NCBI GenBank assembly: GCA_031432155.1
Contig: JASJPP010000030.1
Span: forward strand, 1-47,947
Reading direction: 5' to 3'
Length of the DNA stretch: 47,947 bases
Source of the DNA: Patescibacteria group bacterium
GTDB taxonomy: Bacteria; Patescibacteriota; Minisyncoccia; UBA6257; UBA9933
Shown: positions 7,063 to 15,614 of the stretch, in pieces
Layout: every line of letters starts with the position of its first letter
Position numbering within the stretch: the stretch's first letter is position 1
The notes under the pieces: model-generated
The model's input: only the letters and a program-made list of their open reading frames with translations
Databases searched by the model: none
Told to the model about the DNA's origin: nothing
Made by a program: the position numbers and the translations under genes

Positions 7063-7437
7063 ATGACTTATAAATCTCAGCTTGGTAGTTTTGGCGAAAA
7101 TCTTGCCTGTAAATATCTTGCGAATAAAGGCTATAAAATCATTTCCCGCAATTTTTTAAAACCATGGGGAGAAATAGATATTATTGCCAAAGCGCCGGAT
7201 AAAATCCTTGTTTTTATAGAGGTTAAAACCGTGCGAAAACAATCGGAAAACGGCATTACTGCCGAAGATCAGTTAACAAAATCTAAGCTTACAAAATTAA
7301 AAAGAACGGCCTGTTTATACGCCGGCCATTATCCTGAATTAATAAAAGACGACAAGGGGTGGCAAATTGATCTTATCGCCTTGACAGTTAAAGAAAAAAG
7401 TGTTGTTGTAAAACATTACAAAAATATCGCGGGCTAA
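7063..7437 (+). CDS. yraN: YraN/UPF0102 family small PD-(D/E)xK-type endonuclease
   Basis: MTYKSQLGSFGENLACKYLANKGYKIISRNF..WGEIDIIA...LVFIEVKT matches the UPF0102 pattern. The track ORF begins at a TTG at 6898 inside the RNA structure; ATG 7063 is preferred. Confidence 0.8.
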   Translation: MTYKSQLGSFGENLACKYLANKGYKIISRNFLKPWGEIDIIAKAPDKILVFIEVKTVRKQSENGITAEDQLTKSKLTKLKRTACLYAGHYPELIKDDKGWQIDLIALTVKEKSVVVKHYKNIAG

Positions 7438-7439
7438 AC

Positions 7440-7886
7440 CTAAGCCAGCGTTATTTTTCTCTCATTGATTTTCTCGGCGTGTTCGAATTTTAGCCAAACG
7501 GAATTTTTCGGCAAAATTTTTTTAATTCTCTCCGGCCACTCAATCAAAACAATGTTTTGGGAATTATTTAAAATCTCTTTGAGTCCCAACCTCAACAATT
7601 CTTCCGGTTTGTGAATCCTGTAACAATCTATGTGGTAGGCCAGTTTATAATTTTTAATTTTTAATTTGTAGTTTTTTATCAAAACAAACGTCGGACTGGC
7701 AATTTTTTTCTTAACACCGATCCCCCTTAAAAACCCTTGGGCAAAAGCGGTCTTGCCGGCGCCTAATTCTCCGGCCAAAGCCAAAACCAAGGCGCTTTTA
7801 TTAAGGCGCCGAAACTTTACGGCGTTCTTCGCCAAAAGACCGGCCATTTTTTTTGTCTGACCGGCCGAAAAAGTTTTGTAAATCAT
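7440..7886 (-). CDS. tsaE: tRNA t6A37 biosynthesis ATPase TsaE
   Basis: LAGELGAGKTAFAQGF, SPTFVLIKNY, YHIDCYRI, LIEWPE motifs. 4-nt overlap with ruvB. Confidence 0.85.
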   Translation of the reverse strand: MIYKTFSAGQTKKMAGLLAKNAVKFRRLNKSALVLALAGELGAGKTAFAQGFLRGIGVKKKIASPTFVLIKNYKLKIKNYKLAYHIDCYRIHKPEELLRLGLKEILNNSQNIVLIEWPERIKKILPKNSVWLKFEHAEKINERKITLA

Positions 7887-8872
7887 CCTTCTAAATGCCG
7901 GCGCGCTTCGTCGGTAACGATTCGGCCGGCCGGCGTTTTTTGAATCAAGCCGATCTTCATCAAATATGGCTCATAGATTTCTTCAATTGTCTTTTTTTCC
8001 TCGCCTAAGGCGGCTGCCAAAGTATTGATACCAACAGGCCGGTTATTGAATTTTTTAAGAATAATCTCCAAAAGCCGGCGATCATGCGCCTCCAATCCCA
8101 AAGCGTCAACCTCAAAAAGCTTTAAAGCATCAATGGTCGTCTCGGTGTTAATGACTTTTAAATTGTTCACTTCGGCGAAATCGCGGCTGCGTTTTAACAG
8201 ACGATTGGCGATTCTGGGAGTAAATCGCGAAGCTTTAGCCAAAATAGAGACTGCCGGCGCTTCAATTTTTATCCCTAAAAGATCGGCTGAGCAATAAATA
8301 ATTTTTTCGATCTCTTCGGTTTGATAATAATCAAGCCTGAAAATCGCGCCGAAACGCGATCGCAGAGGCGAGGACAACAAATTCAATCTTGTGGTGGCGG
8401 CGATAAGAGTAAACGGCGGCAAATCCAGAGAAATCATTTTCGCGCCCAATCCCTTGCCGATAACTAAATGAATCTTTCCGGACTCCATTGCCGGATAAAG
8501 CATTTCTTCAACCAACCGACCGATGCGATGAGCTTCGTCTATAAAAAGAATGTCGCCCGGCTCCAAATCGGAAAGCAGCGCCGCAAGATCGCCGGCGCGT
8601 TCAATGGCCGGACCGGAAGTGATTTTTAATTCTTTTTTCATCTCGCTTGCCACCAAATAAGCCAGGGTTGTTTTCCCCAAACCCGCCTGACCGTAAAAAA
8701 GCAGATGGTCAGCCGCCTCTTTTCTTTTTTTGGCGGCCGTTAAAATTATTTTCAAATTCTTTTTTATCGTTTCCTGACCAATATACCCCTCCCATGATTT
8801 CGGGCGCAAAAAATCATCGATAAAAAAATCGTCGCCGTTGTTTTTTTTCACGTCTGTCTCCGCTATTGACAT
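7883..8872 (-). CDS. ruvB: Holliday junction branch-migration helicase RuvB
   Basis: LRPKSWEGYIGQ, Walker A GQAGLGKTT, Walker B ILFIDEAHR, C-terminal winged-helix region. Confidence 0.95.
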   Translation of the reverse strand: MSIAETDVKKNNGDDFFIDDFLRPKSWEGYIGQETIKKNLKIILTAAKKRKEAADHLLFYGQAGLGKTTLAYLVASEMKKELKITSGPAIERAGDLAALLSDLEPGDILFIDEAHRIGRLVEEMLYPAMESGKIHLVIGKGLGAKMISLDLPPFTLIAATTRLNLLSSPLRSRFGAIFRLDYYQTEEIEKIIYCSADLLGIKIEAPAVSILAKASRFTPRIANRLLKRSRDFAEVNNLKVINTETTIDALKLFEVDALGLEAHDRRLLEIILKKFNNRPVGINTLAAALGEEKKTIEEIYEPYLMKIGLIQKTPAGRIVTDEARRHLEG

Positions 8873-8937
8873 TTTTAATAAAATATGCTAATTTTTTAAA
8901 ATCGTACTTTTCTTAAATTTGTTCCCCGTGTCTCTTA

Positions 8938-9085
8938 AAAGCTGTTTAACCCTGTGGGCGGAGGGAATTTCTTTTAGCCACGGACGTTTTGGCCCCGGCT
9001 GAGGCGCTCCTCGAAGAAATTCTTTATTTCCTATTTTTTGGATCTATCTCGCCTTTGAGAATTGCCCACAGAGTCAAGCAGCTTT
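8938..9085 (-). other. 148-nt structured element closed by a 22-bp imperfect inverted repeat, 8 nt after the pilB stop (complex terminator, ncRNA or miniature palindromic element)
   Basis: Arms 8938-8959 and 9064-9085 match at 19/22. On the minus-strand RNA two of the three mismatches become G-U. Inner 9-bp helix GAAUUUCUU/AAGAAAUUC plus small hairpins. The 3' arm is followed by UUUU. Confidence 0.4.
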
Positions 9086-9093
9086 TTGTTTTG

Positions 9094-10770
9094 TCATCCC
9101 CATTCCAGCGGACCGGTAACGCTTTCTACTTCTTCTACGGACGTAATGCCGTTGATAATTTTCAAAATACCGTCCTGCTGCATCGTAACCATTCCTCGTC
9201 TTTCGGCGAATTCCTGAATTTTGACTTCGCTGGCCGCGGCGGTAATCAGTTCTTCCATTTCTGAACCAACCGATAAAAACTCGTAAACGGCGATTCGCCC
9301 CCGATAACCGAACTGATTGCATTTTTCACAACCCTGCGGCTCAAAAATCGCGATATTTTTGAAATTTTCCTTATTGACGCGCGGCGGCAAATTATCAAGA
9401 AATTTTTCGATTTTTTTTCTTAAACCGTCGTCAACCGTTTTTTGTTTTTTGCAGTCAAGGCAAAGCCGGCGCACCAAACGCTGGGCAATTACCAAATTCA
9501 AAGCGGGCCCGACGCTGAAAACACGCGCTCCCAAATCAACAAGCCGCGGCACAACGCCGGCGGCGGCATTGGCATGAACAGTTGAAAAAACCAGATGACC
9601 GGTCAGGGCCGACTGAATCGCGATTTGCGCCGTTTCTTCATCCCTGATTTCGCCGACAAGAATAATGTCCGGATCCTGCCTCATAATGGAACGGAGGCCG
9701 TTGGCAAAAGTATAGCCGGCGTCTTCGTCCACCCTGGTTTGCTCAATGCCTTCCAGGTGATATTCCACCGGATCTTCAATGGTGATGATTTTTAATTCCG
9801 GCGTTTTTTTGTGCTTTAAAAAGGCGTAAAGCGTCGTGGTTTTGCCGGAGCCGGTCGGCCCACTGTTTAAAATCATTCCGTTGGGCTTTCTTAATTCTTC
9901 CGTCACTATCCCCAAGTCGTCGTCTCTTAGCCCCAAATCGGCCAAACTCAAATTGACTAAGTCGGGATCGAGCAAGCGCATCACCGTCACCTCGCCGAAT
10001 TCAGTCGGCGAAATCGCCACCCTCATTTCTATTTCCTTGCCCGACAAGCCAACGGAAAAACGGCCGTCCTGTGGTTCATTATGGATATTCAATTTCATCC
10101 CCGAAAGCAATTTAATGCGGGAGAGCAAATACAAATAAACATTCGCCCTGATCCGGTCAAAAACGTCGTGCAGGGCGCCGTCGATTCTCAAACGCAATTT
10201 AACGAAATCTTCCTCCTGCTCCAGATGAATGTCCGAAGCGCGATTCGCCATGGCGCCGGCCAAAATCACTTCCAGAATCTCGCCGGTGCGGATGTTACGG
10301 GTTTCCTGCAGATTCTTAAGAGATTCCCTTACGCTCTCCAGCGAAACAAGCGTGTTTTTTAATTCAATCAGCCGGCTTTCTTCTATTTCAATTTTCGCCG
10401 TAATTTCTTTCAACTCCTCGGAAGTGAATTTATAAAAATCCCAAGCCATCCGCAAGCTGTTTAAGGAAGCCAGATAAACAACGATTTGATAATTGTTATT
10501 TTTCAGATCTTCGATGACTTTTTGGGTCTGGGGAAGCGCGGGGTCAAGAACCAACAGCACTGCTTTGCCGCTCTTCGCCTCAATGACGGCCGCGTAAGCC
10601 GCCCGAGCGTCTTTTTCTTTAATCAAAGCCAGGGCGTCAACGCTGATCGGCTTGCCCTTCAGGTCAGCGTACGGATAACCGAGTTTTTCGGCTTTTCTTT
10701 GGACGTTCCGCTCTTCCGCCTGCTGGCGCATTTTGGCTAACTTTTCCCTGAGAACAGAAGCTATGGCCAT
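9094..10770 (-). CDS. pilB: type IV pilus / type II secretion assembly ATPase (PilB/GspE family)
   Basis: N-terminal T2SSE_N-like region, Walker A GPTGSGKTTT, Asp/His boxes, CxxC...CxxC tetracysteine motif (CLDC..CEKC). Confidence 0.9.
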   Translation of the reverse strand: MAIASVLREKLAKMRQQAEERNVQRKAEKLGYPYADLKGKPISVDALALIKEKDARAAYAAVIEAKSGKAVLLVLDPALPQTQKVIEDLKNNNYQIVVYLASLNSLRMAWDFYKFTSEELKEITAKIEIEESRLIELKNTLVSLESVRESLKNLQETRNIRTGEILEVILAGAMANRASDIHLEQEEDFVKLRLRIDGALHDVFDRIRANVYLYLLSRIKLLSGMKLNIHNEPQDGRFSVGLSGKEIEMRVAISPTEFGEVTVMRLLDPDLVNLSLADLGLRDDDLGIVTEELRKPNGMILNSGPTGSGKTTTLYAFLKHKKTPELKIITIEDPVEYHLEGIEQTRVDEDAGYTFANGLRSIMRQDPDIILVGEIRDEETAQIAIQSALTGHLVFSTVHANAAAGVVPRLVDLGARVFSVGPALNLVIAQRLVRRLCLDCKKQKTVDDGLRKKIEKFLDNLPPRVNKENFKNIAIFEPQGCEKCNQFGYRGRIAVYEFLSVGSEMEELITAAASEVKIQEFAERRGMVTMQQDGILKIINGITSVEEVESVTGPLEWG

Positions 10771-10823
10771 TTATTTTTAGTTTAAGCGTTTTAATTTCAA
10801 AGGGCAAGCGAGGATTGTTGTTG

Positions 10824-10852
10824 TTGACAAAATAAAAAAAGTTTTGTATAAT
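10824..10852 (+). promoter_or_regulatory. perfect consensus sigma70 promoter TTGACA-17-TATAAT
   Basis: TTGACA at 10824-10829, 17-nt spacer, TATAAT at 10847-10852, about 60 nt upstream of the lipoprotein ATG. Confidence 0.7.
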
Positions 10853-10912
10853 ATAACTTAAAAGATCTTCGACAAAAAAGCGCCCACGGGCCAAAACCAA
10901 GGGGGGGGTAAA

Positions 10913-11170
10913 ATGAAAAAAGTGTTGCTCGTGATGGCGATTATGATCGCCATCGGTCTGTCCGGCTGTATCGTGGTTTTACAGCCGGATGTGGCGGTCT
11001 CGGGGTATTGGGGCCCGCGATCGTATCCGTATGGGTACGGGTACAGCGGGTATTATTCCCCGCGCTATGATGGCGGCTACCATGGCCATCCCCACACCCA
11101 CTGCGACTACACGGGGTGTTGGAGCCACAGCCACCCGCACGGCGAAGGGGCTTACGGACATCATCACTAA
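10913..11170 (+). CDS. small His/Tyr/Gly-rich lipoprotein (putative metal-binding)
   Basis: Signal peptide plus lipobox MKKVLLVMAIMIAIGLSG|C. G-rich RBS aaggggggggtaaaATG. Followed by a terminator. The overlapping ORFs in other frames are a by-product of the high local GC. Confidence 0.7.
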   Translation: MKKVLLVMAIMIAIGLSGCIVVLQPDVAVSGYWGPRSYPYGYGYSGYYSPRYDGGYHGHPHTHCDYTGCWSHSHPHGEGAYGHHH

Positions 11171-11220
11171 GCCCCGTCTTCTTTCCTGGCCCCACGAGAA
11201 ATCGCGGGGCTTTTTATTTT
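11169..11220 (+). terminator. intrinsic terminator after the lipoprotein gene
   Basis: aagccccg (11169-11176) pairs with cggggctt (11205-11212), followed by tttttatttt. Confidence 0.5.
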
Positions 11221-11247
11221 TTATTTTTTTATGTTATCAATAAATAT

Positions 11248-11778
11248 ATGTCGGGGCATTCCCATTGGTCCGGAATCAAACACAAAAAAGAGGCGGCGGA
11301 CAAAAAACGCGGCCTGATTTTTTCCAAACTGTTAAACGCCGTCTCGATAGCGGCGCGCAAAGAACCGAATCTCCAGTTTAACCCCGGCCTGCGAACAGCC
11401 GTTGAAAAAGCGAAAGAAAACGGCGTGCCGGCGGAAAAAATAGAAACGGCGATCAAGCGCGCGTCTTCGGCCAGCGACAACCTTGAAGAGCTGACGATGG
11501 AGGCCTACGGCCCGGAAGGAGCGGCGATTATTATTGAGGCGGCCACCGACAGCAAAAACCGCACGATTTCGGAAGTAAAAAAAATCTTGAGCGATCACGG
11601 CGCCAAATGGGCCGAGGTCGGCGGCGCGCGCTGGGCCTTTGAAAACATCAACGGCGCCTGGCAGGCAAAAACCAAACAAAAAATCTCGCAAGAAGCGGAA
11701 GAAAAACTTTTGGGGCTTATCCAGGAAATGGAGGAGCGCGACGACATCCAGAAAATTTATGATAATTTTAGGAATTGA
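11248..11778 (+). CDS. yebC: YebC/PmpR-family transcriptional regulator (short, 176 aa)
   Basis: MSGHSHWSGIKHKKEAADKKRG is the family's N-terminal signature. The track ORF starts upstream at 11116 inside the terminator; ATG 11248 is preferred. Confidence 0.85.
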   Translation: MSGHSHWSGIKHKKEAADKKRGLIFSKLLNAVSIAARKEPNLQFNPGLRTAVEKAKENGVPAEKIETAIKRASSASDNLEELTMEAYGPEGAAIIIEAATDSKNRTISEVKKILSDHGAKWAEVGGARWAFENINGAWQAKTKQKISQEAEEKLLGLIQEMEERDDIQKIYDNFRN

Positions 11779-12235
11779 CCCGGGCAGCAGCCGGGCCGGC
11801 TACGGCCTTATTGAAAAAGAAAAAAGCGGGTTAAAATTCCTCAAGGCCGGTCTTTTGAAGGTTTCCGCCAAAGACAAAAATCAGCGGCTGGTTGATCTGG
11901 AAAAATCTTTTTCCGATTTGCTGAAAAAAGAAAAACCGGATCTGGCGGTTTTGGAAACGATTTATTTTATGAAAAACCTGAAAACCGCCGTTGAGGTGGC
12001 CCAGGCCCGCGGCGTCTTGACATTGACAATCGTTAAACACAAAATACCTTTATTGGAATGTTCGCCGCTCAAAATAAAACAAGGCGTCACCGGTTACGGC
12101 CGGGCCGACAAAAAAGCGGTGGCTAAAATGGTTTCCAAAATTTTAAAAATAAATAATCCCGGGTGGTTGGACGACGTTACCGACGCCCTGGCGGCCGCCA
12201 TAATCGGCGCTCATCAAAAATCGCCGAAATTTTAA
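11759..12235 (+). CDS. ruvC: Holliday junction resolvase RuvC
   Basis: MIILGIDPGSSRAGYGLIE..., catalytic acidic residues. Overlaps the yebC end by 20 nt (the classic yebC-ruvC pairing). Confidence 0.9.
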   Translation: MIILGIDPGSSRAGYGLIEKEKSGLKFLKAGLLKVSAKDKNQRLVDLEKSFSDLLKKEKPDLAVLETIYFMKNLKTAVEVAQARGVLTLTIVKHKIPLLECSPLKIKQGVTGYGRADKKAVAKMVSKILKINNPGWLDDVTDALAAAIIGAHQKSPKF

Positions 12236-12250
12236 AAACAATCAAAACCA

Positions 12251-14368
12251 GTGATTCGCAAAACAAGAAAGTGGGGATTGAAAATTTTAATTTTATTTTT
12301 ATTGATAGCCGTTGCGGCTGTATTTTTTGTTTTGAGCTGGCTGGCAAAACTCGCCAAAGACCTGCCGAATCCCGAACAATTCGTTTCTCGCCAAATAGAC
12401 CAGTCAACGAAAATTTACGACCGAACAGGCAAGGTTCTGCTTTACGAGGTCTACGGCGAAGAAAAACGCACGGTGATTCCGTTTAACGAAATTCCCGATT
12501 ACATTAAAAAGGCCACGCTTACCATAGAAGATCGCGGTTTTTACGAACACGATGCTTTTGACTGGCGGGCGATAATCCGCGCCATGACGGTTAATATCGT
12601 CAAGGGGCGGGTGGTCCAGGGCGGCTCTACCATCACCCAACAATTGGCAAAAAACGCTTTTTTAAATCCTGACCGGACAATGACGCGCAAAGCGAAGGAG
12701 TTGATTTTGGCCTATTGGATAGAAAAACAATATTCCAAAGACGAAATTTTAAATCTTTATCTCAATCAAATTCCTTACGGCTCAAACGTTTACGGCATTG
12801 AGGCGGCAGCCCAAACGTTTTTAGGCAAGCCGGCCAAAGACCTTTCTCTGGCCGAAGCCGCTGTATTAGCCGCTCTTCCCAAGGCGCCTTCTTATTATTC
12901 GCCATGGGGCAACCACAAAGACGAATTAAGCCAGCGGAAAAATTATATTTTGGACCAGATGCTCCAACTCGGTTTTATCGACGAAGAAGAAAAAACAAGG
13001 TCTCAAGGCGTCGAACTTAAATTCACCAGGCCCAACATCGGCTCAATCAAAGCCCCTCATTTCACCATGATGGTGCGCGATTATTTAAACAATAAATACG
13101 GCGAAGATGTTGTCGAGAAGGGAGGGCTGAAAGTAATCACTACTCTTGATTGGAAACTCCAGGAAATCGCCGAGGCAACAATCGAAGAAGGAGCGGAAAG
13201 AAACTCCCAATTATATCAAGGCAAAAACGCCGCCCTGGTGGCCCAAGACCCGAAAACCGGCCAAATCTTGGCCCTGGTCGGTTCAAAAGACTACTATGAA
13301 ACCGACGGTGTTGACGGCAATTTCAATGTGGCAACCGACGGCCTCAGACAACCGGGCTCAACCATAAAACCGATCGCTTATGTCACCGCTTTTCAAAAAG
13401 GATACAAGCCAGAAACCGTGGTTTTTGATTTGCCGACCGAATTTTCCACCTACCGCGTGCTTTGTCCGTTAATCAACATTAATTTTTCCAACAGCGACCG
13501 CAATTGTTTTCATCCGCAAAATTTCGATCATGTTTTCAGAGGTCCCGTCACTCTCAAGGAAGCCCTTGCTCAATCAATCAACGTGCCGGCGGTTAAAACT
13601 CTTTATTTGGCCGGTCTCAACGACACGATTCAAACCGCCAAAAATTTCGGCATTAACACTTTAACCGACCCGAGTCGTTACGGTCTTTCTTTGGTTTTGG
13701 GCGGCGGCGAGGTAAAACTCATTGAAATGGTCGGCGCCTACTCGGTTTTTAGCCAAAACGGCGTCAGACACAATCAATCAATTATTCTTCAATTGGAAAA
13801 TTCAAAAGGCGAGGTTTTGGAAAAATTCAACGACGCCGCGACAAAAGTAATTGAAGAAGAATACGCGCTGCTTATCAACGAGATTCTTTCCGATCCGGAA
13901 GCGAGAAGGCCGCTTTTCCAAAATAGCGCCAACTTAACCATTTTCCCCGACAGGGCGGTGGCCCTAAAAACCGGCACCACCGATGATTATAAAGACGCCT
14001 GGACCATCGGCTATACCCCGTCTTTAACGGTCGGGGTCTGGGCCGGAAACAACAACAATAAACCGATGCAAAAAAACGCCGGCAGTCTTTTGGCGGCGCT
14101 GCCGATATGGCATTCTTTTATAAGCAAAATAATAGAAAATTTTCCGGTTGAAGAATTTAAAAAAACGGAATTAACCGACGGCGATGACCCCGATAAACCA
14201 ATGATAAACGGCCAGTATTTCACAGCGGCCGGGGTTCATAATATCCTTTATTATATAGACAAAAACAATCCGCTGGGGCCGACGCCGTCAAACCCGCAAG
14301 ACGATTCACAATTTTTAAACTGGGAATTGCCGGTTGAAGAATGGCTAAAAACAAACAATAGATTTTAG
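12251..14368 (+). CDS. class A penicillin-binding protein (transglycosylase/transpeptidase, PBP1A-like)
   Basis: GT51 motifs EDRGFYEH and GGSTITQQLAKN. Transpeptidase motifs STIKP, SIN, KTGTT. N-terminal TM anchor. Confidence 0.9.
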   Translation: MIRKTRKWGLKILILFLLIAVAAVFFVLSWLAKLAKDLPNPEQFVSRQIDQSTKIYDRTGKVLLYEVYGEEKRTVIPFNEIPDYIKKATLTIEDRGFYEHDAFDWRAIIRAMTVNIVKGRVVQGGSTITQQLAKNAFLNPDRTMTRKAKELILAYWIEKQYSKDEILNLYLNQIPYGSNVYGIEAAAQTFLGKPAKDLSLAEAAVLAALPKAPSYYSPWGNHKDELSQRKNYILDQMLQLGFIDEEEKTRSQGVELKFTRPNIGSIKAPHFTMMVRDYLNNKYGEDVVEKGGLKVITTLDWKLQEIAEATIEEGAERNSQLYQGKNAALVAQDPKTGQILALVGSKDYYETDGVDGNFNVATDGLRQPGSTIKPIAYVTAFQKGYKPETVVFDLPTEFSTYRVLCPLININFSNSDRNCFHPQNFDHVFRGPVTLKEALAQSINVPAVKTLYLAGLNDTIQTAKNFGINTLTDPSRYGLSLVLGGGEVKLIEMVGAYSVFSQNGVRHNQSIILQLENSKGEVLEKFNDAATKVIEEEYALLINEILSDPEARRPLFQNSANLTIFPDRAVALKTGTTDDYKDAWTIGYTPSLTVGVWAGNNNNKPMQKNAGSLLAALPIWHSFISKIIENFPVEEFKKTELTDGDDPDKPMINGQYFTAAGVHNILYYIDKNNPLGPTPSNPQDDSQFLNWELPVEEWLKTNNRF

Positions 14369-15486
14369 CCGGCCTTAATGGGCATTAAAATATAAAAATA
14401 AGAAGCGTTATTGGGGTCTTTAATAATAACCGGCTTATTGTCGTTGTTTAATCCGATAAAAACATCTTCTGAATCAATAATGTTTTTAAGACCGTCCAAA
14501 AAAAACCGCCAATTAAAAACAATTTCTATTGTTTTTCCTTTTATTTTAGCCGGTATTAAATAATTATTTTCTCCGACTCCCTGAATAGAAGAAAAAACTT
14601 CTATGTTTTTGGTTTTTTCTTTGGCAATAATTTTAATTTCATTAAATTTATCGGTAAAAGAGCTTGCCAGTTTTATGGCGTTAATTAATTCATTTTTATT
14701 TAAAGAAATTTCAATTTCGGTTGATTGGGGAACAATAACCTGATAATCGGGGAATTCGCCGTTAATTAAACGGGAAATTAATTCTATATTTTCGTTTTTA
14801 AAAAGAACCTGGTTTTGATCGAAAAAAATATTTATATTTTCTCCGTCTTCGTTTTTAAATATCCTTACAACCTCTTGAACTGTTTTAAGCGGAATTATTG
14901 TTTTAAATATGGCATCTATGTTTGATTTAAATTGCGTGTTATAAAGTGTTTTTTCCGCCAAACGAAACGTGTCGGTGGCGGCTAGTTTTAAAACATTAAC
15001 CTGGTAATCAAAAAGAACTCCGTTTATTTCCGGTTTTAATTCCGATGTTTGAGGGGTGTTTATTAAAGATAATAAAGAGTTTTTTATTGTAATAACGGGG
15101 ATTTCTAAATAAAATTTGGTGTTTTTGATTTGAGGAATGATCGGGAATTCCTCTTTTTTAATTCCTTGAATTTTTGCCTGATAATTATCTGTTTTTATCG
15201 TTAAATTATTGTTTTCCGCTTCAAGGCTGATTCTTTCATTTTGAAGATTGAGGATAATTGAGTTAAAAACATTCAACGGGATTGTAATGCTTCCGTTTTC
15301 AATTACTTTTGCCGGCACAAAATTATTAATTCCTATTTCCAGATTCGTTCCGCTTAATTTTATTTTATTATCGAATGTTTCGATTAAAAAATTTTTTAAT
15401 ATCGGTAAAGTATTTGACTCTCCCACGATTTTATTAATCGCGTCCAGACCATTTTTTAAGTTATTCTTTAATATTATTACTTTCAT
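14365..15486 (-). CDS. dnaN: DNA polymerase III beta sliding clamp
   Basis: 373 aa with three-domain clamp length and N-terminal pattern (MKVIILKNNLKNGLDAINKIV...), directly downstream of dnaA. Markedly AT-rich. Confidence 0.9.
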   Translation of the reverse strand: MKVIILKNNLKNGLDAINKIVGESNTLPILKNFLIETFDNKIKLSGTNLEIGINNFVPAKVIENGSITIPLNVFNSIILNLQNERISLEAENNNLTIKTDNYQAKIQGIKKEEFPIIPQIKNTKFYLEIPVITIKNSLLSLINTPQTSELKPEINGVLFDYQVNVLKLAATDTFRLAEKTLYNTQFKSNIDAIFKTIIPLKTVQEVVRIFKNEDGENINIFFDQNQVLFKNENIELISRLINGEFPDYQVIVPQSTEIEISLNKNELINAIKLASSFTDKFNEIKIIAKEKTKNIEVFSSIQGVGENNYLIPAKIKGKTIEIVFNWRFFLDGLKNIIDSEDVFIGLNNDNKPVIIKDPNNASYFYILMPIKAG

Positions 15487-15515
15487 ATATTTAATTTAGT
15501 AGTTTTAGTAATAAT

Positions 15516-15539
15516 TGTTAATTTGTTAATTTCTTAATT
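15516..15539. repeat. three tandem 8-mers T[G/C]TTAATT in the dnaA-dnaN spacer
   Basis: tgttaatt tgttaatt tcttaatt, within a 128-bp spacer of about 13% GC (hand count). Confidence 0.8.
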
Positions 15540-15614
15540 ATTTATTGATTTTATTTATTGTTTTTTTAAAAAAACATCTTAATAAACAAGTTGATAAATT
15601 TTAATAAGTTTCGA

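Noticed and set aside
10941-11243. Several 60-85-aa ORFs in other frames or strands overlapping the lipoprotein gene
   Set aside because: Stop-codon depletion is expected at about 65% GC. Only the 10913 frame has a promoter, RBS, lipobox and terminator in register.
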